Under the pieces are notes generated by a model. That model did no database searches. It saw only the letters and a program-made list of their open reading frames with translations, and was not told the origin of the DNA. Position numbers and translations under genes: made by a program. A stretch of 53,601 nucleotides of DNA, filler included, from Streblomastix strix (lineage: Eukaryota), in NCBI GenBank assembly GCA_008636045.1. It is 3 parts of 3 records of this genome, joined end to end, with 100 filler letters (N's around TTAATTAATTAA, not from the genome) between each part and the next. Parts side by side here need not be neighbours in the genome. Positions count along the whole stretch, not along the records: positions 1 to 17,816 come from SNRW01000670.1; positions 17,917 to 35,711 come from SNRW01000671.1; 1 more part is not named here. One strand, written 5' to 3'. Within the stretch, counting starts at the first letter, position 1, and every line of letters begins with the position of its first letter. Shown piece after piece: positions 14,301 through 24,599 of this stretch.

Positions 14301-15745
14301 ATTTATTAAATGTCATTAAAGATATATTATTTGTTCAATGAATCTTCATGATAATCAATATGCAATTCTTTTTCTTATTATTCATCTTGTTATTTGAATT
14401 TTTGCTTATAAGTAATAAATTAATCTGGTAAAAAATATTTTATAAGATTTGTAATTGAATGGATATTTGATAATGGAGAAAATTATTAATCGTCATTTTG
14501 TTGCAATTATTGTTCATTTTTTATTAAATCAATATGCTAATTATCTTTTATTATATTTTAAATTCCATTTTTAGACTATTTTTTTAAAAATTTTGTTTAA
14601 TTTTCAGATTTACTTAATGTTTTTTCCGCTAATTTACGAACTCGAGCTTCTTCTTCTCTTTGTAAACGAGCTGCAATCCGGGCAGATGACCTTTTCTAAT
14701 TTTGTGTTGCTTTAGTTTATTTGCTCGGATTTTATTAAGTTTATAATAATTGTTATTAGCTATTGTTTAGTTCTATTTAATGAGAATCATCTTAATTTAT
14801 ATTTATAGTTTAATCTTAATTATTTTAAAATTTAGTTTGATGATCCTAATTTGAATTTAACTATTCATTTATCTAATTCATTGTTTAATCAACTTAATTA
14901 CTTTTATTTTATCCTTCAATTTCAATGTTTTCCTTATTTGCAGTTGATTATTTTTATTCATAAAATTAAATATTTTGTTTATGATTTTATTTGCTTATGA
15001 TTATTTGAATAAATGAAAAAAGATTAAGTGAACATTATTAGTAAATTAAGTTTAAAAGTTCACTCCAACTGCTTATATAAACAATAGTTTTTTCCTATTC
15101 ATTAATTAAATTATTATTTTCTTTTTATCCCACAAAAATTATCATTGTTGGAACAATTAATTATTTCACATCTTCTTTAACTATTGTTTCATGTGCATCT
15201 CTTCGATAATTATAGAATTAATTTGAATCTTATTTAATTTATATTTCATTCAGCTGAGATGGCATCAATGCCATTTGTTGGTACTGTTTAACCACCTAAT
15301 TAATCCGATTAAATGTTTCTTAATCTCCTGTAAAGTGAGCAATTTTAGAAAGCTCATTTAGAGAATCTTATTGAAGAGGACTAATTTCGATGCTACGAAG
15401 AAACGCATTTGATGCTCGTTCCATTTGATTATCGATAAGACAAAGTTACCCTATTTTCTGCCAAATAAATGACATATTTTGTAGATGAGACAATCTTGTA
15501 GCATGTATAAGAGTATTTATCGAAGCTGTAATTTTTCCAAGTTATTGTTGAACTTCAGAAAGGTATAATAATACAGTACCAAAAAATTATTCATTTTGAT
15601 TTGAACTTGGAAGATCAATTATTGAATTCAAAAGGCGTTCAGCCTCCTCTTTATTTTTCTCGGTTTTCGATCTTCTATATGTTTCATAAATATTTTATGT
15701 GTTTTATCTCACATTCACCGAATTAAAGTCTTCATCAAATTACAT
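2332..15745 (-). CDS. Giant (~4470 aa) TPR protein, CABIN1/Hir3-like (HIRA complex scaffold candidate)
   Basis: One frame is open (TAR=Gln) at all spot checks from ATG 15745 to ~3720. Two -1 shifts at A-homopolymers (~3715, ~3180) lead to TGA at 2332. N-terminal TPRs 'LYLSEVQQQLGKITASINTLIHATRL...IWQKIGQLCLIDNQMERASNAFLRSIEISP...LNELSKIAHFTGD' and 'KRSSARI' resemble the CABIN1 N-terminus. Confidence 0.65.
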
Positions 15746-15897
15746 TAGCTGAAAATAAATAAATAAACAAATAAATAAATGTGTGTGAACGGTGAAATTT
15801 ATTTTTTTAATGTTTTTTTGTTATCTCTTTTTTGTTGCTTTTGAAATATTTATTTTGGTTATTTTTATTTATATTGAAATAAAAGCATTGTATATTC

Positions 15898-16774
15898 ATG
15901 TTTAAATCTATTAAGGATGATTTATGCAAATTAATAAGTACATAAATTCCTGGTTCAAGTAATATTCTTGTTGTATGTTCCTCAGAATGTTTGAGTGAAT
16001 TATAATATTAAAAATATGCTAATAATACTGATTTATATTTAATAAAAAATTAAAATTCCAATTTAATAAACAATGAGATATAGAAATGATAAAGTTTGTT
16101 AGAATCATATTGAATCAAATTATTATTTCTTAGCTAGAAATGATATTATTGGTCTTTAATGTTTAATTAATTAGAATTTGATGAATCCATCTGTAGGATT
16201 ACGAAATATAAAAGGACGAGATCGCATTATCAGCACTCTTCGCGAAACAATCTGTGCATCAATCGAAGAACCAAACTTCTTTTCATAGTTTGGTGTATCA
16301 GCACCTCGTTCTGTGATCTTGTATGGACCTCCTGGAACTGGAAAGACTGTATTGGCTAGAGCAGTAGCTTAAGAAACAAGTTCTAAGCTAATAACAATCA
16401 GTGGAAGCGATTTTGGGAAATCTTCAGAAGAACAAGGAATTGAAATATTAAAGAAAACATTTTAATAAGCAAAGAATAATTAACCCTCACTTATTTTTAT
16501 TGATGAAATCGATTCAATATTTCCATCAGTATCAGAATGCAGTGAATTTGGAGGAAGCGGAACAGAAAATGGATTATCATGAAGATTAATTTGGGAGATT
16601 GGAATTCTGATGGATGAATTCAAATCATAAGATAGAGTAGGTATAATTGCAGCTACGAATTGATTAGATATTGTTGATAGATCTCTTAGACGTCGTGGAA
16701 GATTTGACAGAGAAATTGAAGTTGGTGTACCAAGTGAATATGAAAGAAAGAAAAGAATTTTAAATTTTTTCTGA
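15898..16774 (+). pseudogene. Disrupted CDC48/AFG2(SPATA5)-family AAA+ ATPase, single domain
   Basis: Walker A LYGPPGTGKT, Walker B LIFIDEIDS and SRH 'AATN*LDIVDRSLRRRGRFDREIEVGVP' are present. In-frame TGA at 16580 and 16661, a frame break near 16085, and the ORF ends at TGA 16772 after one AAA domain. Confidence 0.8.
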
Positions 16775-16849
16775 AGAAATTAATATATACTGATCTATGT
16801 AATAACTAATGTAAATAATTTTTAATCTTATCTTTTTTAATTATTTTAT

Positions 16850-17816
16850 TTATTAATATATGTATTTATAATATCGATTAAATCAATATTTTTAAGACTA
16901 AATAAAGTTAATTATATTGAATTTGTGTTCTTGAATTTGGATATTTTCTGTTGAATATTTATCTATCAAATGGTCTGAACCTTTCGGTTTTGAAAGATTA
17001 TATTTTAGTCGTTAATAGAATAGAGATTCGATAAAATTTGAATCAATTAATATAAATTAGGAAAAAATGATATGAAAAAAATAATTAGATTTTACAATTT
17101 GATTAAATGTTATAAAATATGATGTTTTTTCAATAATTCTTTCAATAATCTTATTTTTGTCCAAAAATGTTTGCCATAAATTTATATAATTCAAGTTAGC
17201 TATCATCAATTGCCTAATTTTCAAGTTCTTCATTTAAATTTTGTCTAATATTATTTTATTCTTATACTTAGTGTAAAGTATCTTCTATATTAAAATCAAT
17301 ATTATTTTATGAAATAAATGCAGGATTTTGATTTCTCTGTTTGAATTACAAAGTGTTTTATTATACTTATTTTGATGGAGAAATTTTATTTTATTTTTTC
17401 TTATTCGAATTATTAGTTTTTGATGTATTTTTCTTATTTTATTTCTTTGAAATAGATTTTTAATTAACAATATTTTGCTGTTATTCTTGATTTTAATTTT
17501 AATTATTATTTTTCAATCCAAAAGATGAAGATGATGAAGAAGTATTTTTTGAAGATGATATTAATTATATTGGAGAAGAAGATTATTTTATTGGTGATTA
17601 TGATTATTGAAATGGTGAAAAATTACTTCGAAATGGAAAATTTCTGAAAAATACCGATAGTGGAGATTCTTTATTTTCAGAATTATTCTCTTTCTCATTA
17701 AATAAAATATTATCATCAAGTATCTATTTATCTATTTCAATAATTATTTATTTTTCTATGCTTCTTTCTTTGTGGAAAGTAACTTATCTGATAATTTTTT
17801 ATTGCTAATTCCAGAT
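16850..17816 (-). CDS. 3' part of an unknown Gln/Ser-rich gene truncated by the contig end
   Basis: Open frame from 17816: IWNQQQKIIRQVTFHKERSIEKQIIIEID...SPFQQSQSPIKQSSSP. The 3' end is uncertain (TGA or frameshift near 17140). Confidence 0.4.
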
Positions 17817-17916
17817 NNNNNNNNNNNNNNNNNNNNNNNNNNNNNNNNNNNNNNNNNNNNTTAATTAATTAANNNNNNNNNNNNNNNNNNNNNNNNNNNN
17901 NNNNNNNNNNNNNNNN
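17817..17916. other. Artificial contig linker
   Basis: 44 N + TTAATTAATTAA + 44 N = exactly 100 nt. Confidence 0.98.
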
Positions 17917-18235
17917 CCTACAGATCCTTCTCATCTAATAGGAAATGAACAGATACTCTCCCAGCTCTATCTCCCATAGGGGGTGCGGAACTGCTATACG
18001 CCAGGAATTTGATTTCTCGAATTTGAGAGTTCTCCAATCGAATAAATCGTTCCATTCGAAGCCAACGAACAGATAGTTAGGAGCTTATACTGCCAAGCGA
18101 AAACTGCTTTGGACGCAGAGCCGAGTAGTTTGACATTCCACTGTCAACTTTCAGCCCCACCCATATCGACTTAGGCCTCCGTAACTATCCCGTTAGTTGT
18201 GCTAAATGCCAAAAATGATTGTCTTTGGAGAATTG
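17917..18235 (-). repeat. Copy of an interspersed repeat (mobile-element relic) also present at ~37335-37540
   Basis: GTTAGGAGCTTATACTGCCAA-CGAAAACTGCTTT-GACGCAG...TAGTTTGACATTCCACTGTCAAC is shared with 37383-37455. GC content is higher than the flanks. Confidence 0.75.
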
Positions 18236-19258
18236 TAATGATAAGACTAATTATTTTTATTATTATTATTATTTGAAAATTTTATGTATTTATTTCTGAA
18301 ATTTGCAGTATTTTTATTGAAATTTGTAAATTCTCAGTGAAATTGAACATATTTCGATTAAATTTTATTTATAATTATTCGTATTCATTTTATAAGATGA
18401 TTTTAAAAAATTCCTCTGTTAAATTTAACTATGCTTTCGAGAGTTATTTTATAATTTATAAAATTTATTATTTTATATTTATTCGGAAGATATTTAAACA
18501 ATGTATAATTATTAACCTAAAGAAATTTTGAATGGAATTTAAAATATTTCTATATAATTTACGAGTATATGACAATGGAGCTGTAATATTTGAATTTTTT
18601 GAAAATCCTTTCATTATCTTTAGTCTTAATGAGATAAGAAATAGTATATTACTTATTATTGGAGAATATTTTTTCGGAAATTAATTATTAAATCAATTAC
18701 TTCTCCATTTATACAGATTTTTCAAAATTTTATATTTAAGATTAAATGTTCTGCCTCCAATGCCAGCTGCGAAACATGACTAAGTAACTGTGTGAAAATA
18801 TGACAATTACTTAAATTCATCTTTAATAGCAAAAACATGGCTTAATGATATGCTGGACATATATTTTATTGTGCTTTTTCCAATTTTCAAAATGGCCGAC
18901 CCATAGAGCGGACACCCTGTGGTGGGGTCAGTTGCTACGGCCCAAGTGGCATGTATCAAATAAAGAGGTGAAGTAAGGGACTCCAACAGAGATATCCCTA
19001 CATAATATCCTTTAGGTGGTAATTACGAAAAAATTTTTTATATTTTTTTTAACCATTATCCATCATTAGAATTTTTTTGTTGATTTTTTTTAATAAATGA
19101 GCAAAAATTTGTACTTTATATAGAGATTGCGAATTATGTCTAATTCGCAGTTCCGTTTTTTGACAAATCTCTTTTTGAATTAACCGATATTGGCTGTATT
19201 AAAAAAAAACTTTTAACATAAAGATAAATTCTGTTTCATTAATTTTTGTTTCAATGAA

Positions 19259-21240
19259 ATGTCATTCAAATCTAGTGATTATCTTCGATGATTAGCAAAA
19301 ATGCAACATTCTGATTATGTTAGTGGATATTTGTAACTTGGTGAAGTTCTAAAATCATTATCCATTCACCCATAATCATTTTAAATATCAAAACAAAATT
19401 TCTTCGATTCTCCTATAACTGAACTTACATCTAATGGAGTTATATATATTAGAGCACCATTAGGAGCAAGAGGTAAATCTGCATGTTCAATGGTTCAAAG
19501 TTGTTAAGTAAATTGGACAATTACTATACCTAAAAATACCTTTGCGATATAATTAAATAAAACATATAATGACTGAAATACTGCAGGTAAATTAATCGCA
19601 CGAACTAATTTCAATAGTAAGAGGATCCATTAGCCGATTGGACTACAGATATGTCATAAGCTGAATAAGGATATTTTGGTAAAACAGCTTAAGGAATTGA
19701 ATCGTCAGAACATCTATAATTTTGGATTGGATTCTCAACTGCGTGTGGACCATTCTACTAATTTTAACTAATGAAAGATGCAACAGCATTATGGGGATCT
19801 GCAATCAATGCAAGATAATAAGCTGTAATTAGTTGATATTCTCTTAGTGATTTGTGCACTAAAAATAGCGTTAGCGTATTATCTCTTGAAAGTATAATTG
19901 AAGGAAAACATCAATGTGGAGCATTTATTGATATCCCACTTTGTGAAATTGATAGATAAGCAACTATTGAAGATTTAGGAATACCATTTTACTATAAAAT
20001 TCCTTTTGATGTTACGTTCAGTGGAGTACTTGATCTTAACTAACTAAATCTTTTATTTAATTCAATACCTGTTCTCATACGTAATTATGCAACAATACAT
20101 CTATAATTATAGATATAAGATTTCCTGTTAGATTGGAAAGTTGTTTGGCTTATCAAAAATGAAACAGTATAAAATAATCATTTAGCTTATCATATGATTC
20201 AACCTGAGAAACCTGATATTGTATATCTATTATCAGGAGATGATGCAGATGATCTATCGTATAAAAGATATAACGTAAGAATTGTAAATATATAAAATGC
20301 AGCTATTCTTGACAAGATACCACAAAATTCAATTAGTTAGATTGGAACAGCTAAATTTGATACATTAGAGATATAAAACGTATGTTTCAATATTGAAAAT
20401 GAAGAAGCTATAATTGGTATGATTCAATAACAAAAAATAATTAACTTTCCTATATAAGTATTTAATACATAATCATCGAACTTTCCATTTAGTGGATTTG
20501 ATAAAACTAGTGGATCAATGTAAAGCATTATGTCATTCTCTAACATAAAATCACTATTTATGACATTTGCTATGCACTAATATCCAACATGGATTTTCCC
20601 GGTACTATTCACAGGACTTAATCTAGTTATTGATTAGAATAATGTTATCTCATAACCATATAAATCATTAAATTAAGCAACTAATGGATAAATGTTTGAT
20701 TGCTTCGTTGATTAAGATGTTATTAGTGCCCCATCAGATCTATATCATTCACTTACATTCGAGAATTTGAATGTTAATGATAAGAAAAATAACTATTGAT
20801 TGATAGATAATGCCGATTAATATAAAACAGCAAACATATTTTATTTAACAACATTGTATGGTGGAAGTAAAGCTATTAGAACACTTTATCCCAATAAATA
20901 TATGCTTGCATGGAAATTGGCTACTGATGATTAATTTATGCGAGGATATAACTCTTCAAAGATAGGATCAAGAACTAATATATAAGTGATTATATAAAGA
21001 AATTTGACTAAAGGAATTATTTATACAACTAATATAAATTCATCATAGAACTAAAATGATTTCTAATAATTCATTGGAACTAGAGCATATCCTGATCCTA
21101 CTAAAGCATCTATTACTCTAATGATGCATTACTTGTGTGATACGTTTGTTAGAATTATATTTGATGATAGTTCAGTACCATTAGTACTAAATATTGAAGT
21201 TATTGGTGAGCTTGCAGGTGGAGCTATTAAACCTTAATGA
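19259..21240 (+). pseudogene. Putative major capsid protein (~660 aa, double-jelly-roll candidate), disrupted
   Basis: MSFKSSDYLR*LAKMQHSDYVSGYLQLGEVL...QFWIGFSTACGPF...YPNKYMLAWKLATDDQFMRGYNS...MMHYLCDTFVRIIFD...ELAGGAIKPQ*. Beta-strand-like throughout with no low-complexity tracts. In-frame TGA at 19289, 19574, 19834 and 20797, and a frameshift at ~19620. Confidence 0.6.
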
Positions 21241-21292
21241 ATTTACAAAAATAAATTTTTTTTTCATTGGGCATTTATGCCAACTGACAAAG

Positions 21293-21418
21293 TCAGTGAC
21301 ATATCTTTGATTCGCAAGCATATTTGATTGCTGCTTCTAAAATAGTTTTAAATATTGCATGCCAGTTAATGTTCAATTACTCAAGAGAATAGATTATTGT
21401 CTCATTGAATCTTTCCAT
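21293..21418 (-). CDS. Small (41 aa) ORF of the viral cluster
   Basis: MERFNETIIYSLEQLNINWHAIFKTILEAAIKYACESKICH*. It starts 20 bp after the fibre-gene stop, behind TGATTAATTTCAAAATAAACAAAATG. Confidence 0.4.
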
Positions 21419-21438
21419 TTTGTTTATTTTGAAATTAA

Positions 21439-22169
21439 TCAATTTGCAGATTAATTATGAATAGCATATGAATCACAAACTTAAACGCAAAAACCATCAG
21501 GCAAATAAAGCAAGCACATTGTATTTATTATAACATTTCCATTAGAATTAATATAACAATCAATAGGAATTGCACCAGTCCAATCTATTGGATAACCATA
21601 TACCTTTTATGCAAACAGAACAGCATTTAATGGTATGTTAGTTGATGTTCTAGTGAATTTTGGTTTTATAGCATTATCAACGATTGAAAATAAAGTATAT
21701 GCAGATTAATAAAAAGTATTAGGATCTGAATGTGTTATTTACAATGAAATATATACTCTACTATTTTATGTTGTTAATGTACCCTATATGCGTTATTCAT
21801 TCATTCCATAAGCAATTGATGAATAACGTGCATTTTCAATAGGTTCATAATCTAATTAATCTTTTTCAATAGTATCTCCATTAGCTAATAGAATTTAGTT
21901 ACTTGTTCCACCTTATTTAATAATTTTACCAGCTATTATAGGTTATAAAATGTCTTTACTCCACGAATAATCTAGTCAAAATGTAAATTAACAAAATCGA
22001 TAGAATTCTTAAAGAATTAACTTAAATAATTAAAATACTTAATAATCACATTATCAATAACTTACAATAATATATTACGTTCCTTAATTTATTTTTAAAC
22101 CTCTTCTTACTATTTTATTATTTTACTAACCTATTCTTACTAATTAATCTATTCGTCTTCATCAATCAT
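21439..22169 (-). CDS. Tail-fibre/spike-like protein (~243 aa; one frameshift at a T-run ~21950)
   Basis: N-terminal coiled coil, then 'FVNLHFDQIIRGVKTF' and 'IIAGKIIKQGGTSNQILLANG', then a beta-rich C-terminal domain '...GTLTTQNSRVYISLQITH...DCYINSNGNVII...'. Confidence 0.6.
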
Positions 22170-22263
22170 ATCTAAATCGCTTAATTATTATTCAATTTTT
22201 ATTCCAAAAATAATAAACAAAGATTCATAGACTCAAATAGTATAATTGCCATTCGTTCTACAA

Positions 22264-23045
22264 TCAAAAGTCATCTTTTGAAATCTCTGATGTAGGTGCA
22301 TCAGAGAAACGAACAAAGTTCTTGTTAACACAATACTGTTTCTAAATTGAATTATAAAGAACATTTTCAATAACTTATATACTAGCATTTTTAATTATTT
22401 CATCCATTACTCTTATTAGATCTTTCTTTTTATATGATTTACCTATGCATGAATGCGATCTCATTAATGGTTCATCTAATACAATTTCAATATTATTTTC
22501 ATTCTCTTAAGTAATAAATGACCAAAGTTTAATAAAATTATCAGATGAAAGTATAAAATCATCACCTTTTTTCTTGTTGTTACTGTAGCCCATGGCTTAT
22601 CAATGAGGAATTTCATTATTTCAAGATTTGGATGAGAAAGATAAGTGTTTTTAACTACTTCCTCACTGTCAACTTATGCAATTGTTCTATCAATTTGTTT
22701 ATATTTATCTTTATTATATTTGCTCTCATACTTAGTAATTTTTTATTTTGTAAGGATCAATTATTCAGGTGCAACTTGAATAATTTCATTCCCAGTTTAA
22801 ATTATATTTTCTTTTGGTTATAACGTATCATCAATGGTTTCGCAAATGATTTCACTTCGTTCAAGACCTATCTTCGGCGGCAACTCTGTTGCTATCTTAG
22901 GCATTGTCTTAATTCTGCTAATTGCATCATTGATCAATTACAATCTTATTTTATCTTCATCCGTTAATTCTCTATGTTTAATCTCAGACATTTATTTTTT
23001 AGTTTTTGACATGCGAATTGAGTTTCTTTCTATGTCCTTTATCAT
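22264..23045 (-). CDS. Hypothetical protein of the viral cluster (frameshifted at an A-run ~22570)
   Basis: MIKDIERNSIRMSKTKKQMSEIKHRELTDEDKIRL...LIDKPWATVTTRKK/GDDFILSSDNFIKLW...SEISKDDF*. Confidence 0.55.
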
Positions 23046-23068
23046 TTTCTTTATTTAAAAATATTCAA

Positions 23069-23743
23069 ATGGACTTACAACACGCATTAAAGAATTTTAC
23101 TGAAAACGGAACAATTATTGAATATTTTGACAACAGATATGTAATCCAAATTAAAAAAGATATTAAGGTGTTCGAGGAAAGAAAGAAGACACTTAAAAAA
23201 TTATCATAAACATAGTAGAATAAATTATTGTTATAAGCGAAAGGTGGGGTAGCTCCAAATAAAAATGTTTAAAAAGCATCTTAAAAATAAATTGAAGGTG
23301 ATAAAGATTTTATATCTTATGAACCATAAGAAGATTAAAATGAAAGCGATGAAATTTCAATAAGTGAAGTTAGGAAAAAACCATTAAAGAAATAAGTTAG
23401 AAATTACGTTTCCGCCGAAGGTAGCAACAGAGTTGCTGCTGAAGGTAGAAAAAGGGTTGTAAAAACATCAAAAATTTCATAAATTAATAATACTAATGCT
23501 CAACTTGATTTGGAAGAGCTATTTAGGTTGAGAACAGAAAATTCATTTATTAAACAATATCATTTAGATGCTGTTAAGCAAATTGAGAAATATAAATAAA
23601 AAGTTAAACGATATAAGTAACCAAAATAGATTATTGAAAAGGAAGAGCCATAAGAATAATAAGTTTAAGCTCCAAATGAATGTTAAGAGGAATCTGCTTA
23701 GTATGAAGAACATGATAAAGATACTAATTTTGATTTATATTGA
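23069..23743 (+). CDS. Hypothetical 224-aa Lys/Glu/Gln-rich protein of the viral cluster
   Basis: ATG 23069 to TGA 23743 is open with TAR=Gln: MDLQHALKNFTENGTIIEYFDNRYVIQIKK...DKDTNFDLY*. Confidence 0.7.
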
Positions 23744-23769
23744 TTGATTATTTTTGTTCCCTGTTTAAA

Positions 23770-24058
23770 ATGGATTATAAAATAGTATACACAAATGATT
23801 AAGATGAGGTAACATTGACAAGTAATATTCCTAATGATAATTATGAAATGCTTTAGATAGATAGTTGTTAATTATTCTTAACAGATAAACAAATCACTGA
23901 TTGCAAAGTTAATATTAAAATTGTTAACGACAAAAAATAAATACATTAAATAAATTAAATAACTTATTAATGATTATTGTAAGATACATAATACTACAGT
24001 AGCAAGAGAAGCTGAAGAATCTAGATATCTATAATATGAAGTTGATAATGATCTTTGA
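23770..24058 (+). CDS. Small hypothetical protein of the viral cluster (probably one frameshift)
   Basis: MDYKIVYTNDQDEVTLTSNIP...AREAEESRYLQYEVDNDL*. The span (289 nt) is not a multiple of 3. Confidence 0.5.
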
Positions 24059-24083
24059 TCATTATTTTTGGTAACCATTAAAA

Positions 24084-24275
24084 ATGGATTAGACTCGGTA
24101 TAATTATCATAAACAGCAAGAAACATAACTATTAAACGAATATAAACAAAAGACTAAAGAAATTTTAGATTTTGATATAGAACTAAAGTAAAAATAAGAA
24201 CAACATCTATATGCTTTGCTTGACTATACTCGTGGTTCAATATGTATAGCTGACGCTTATCTTAATAAAAAATGA
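24084..24275 (+). CDS. Small 63-aa helical protein of the viral cluster
   Basis: MDQTRYNYHKQQETQLLNEYKQKTKEILDFDIELKQKQEQHLYALLDYTRGSICIADAYLNKK*. Confidence 0.55.
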
Positions 24276-24599
24276 TTTTGATTATTTTTATTAGACAAAA
24301 CACACTTTAATAAACAAATTACCTTTTATCATTACCCCACTTAAATTTACTTTTTATTTATTAAGTAGTAACACTAGATAATCATAAGGATTAACGATAC
24401 AATTAATGATACACATTTACTATCACCGTTTGTTCGAATCGTAAACGAATTTGAATAATCCTTCGTAACTGTGCATTGGATTAATAATATGGATTAATTA
24501 TATGGATTAACGTTTATTTATTCATGATTCACATCTGTGTGGTGAATTAATGTATATATGAACGTTTATTCGATAATTATATGGAAGATTGGCTGTCAT

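Larger units (their letters stand above)
19259..24275. mobile_element. Endogenous Polinton/Maverick-like DNA virus fragment (morphogenesis module)
   Basis: Seven tightly packed intronless ORFs, several with ~20-30-bp spacers and a shared upstream motif. They include a large beta-rich capsid-like ORF and a tail-fibre-like ORF. No pPolB, integrase or TIR was recognised. Confidence 0.65.

Noticed and set aside
17861..17872. Palindrome TTAATTAATTAA as a biological site
   Set aside because: It is flanked by Ns and repeated identically at 35756, so it is an artificial spacer.
18894..18960. Resemblance to 5S rRNA, tRNA or an HDV-like ribozyme
   Set aside because: Only short words match (GGCCGTAGC, CTGACCCCA). 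Conserved boxes and helices could not be built.
16580..20799. TGA reassigned to an amino acid (stop-free code)
   Set aside because: In-frame TGAs were seen only in decayed copies that also have frameshifts. Intact genes use TGA only as the terminator.
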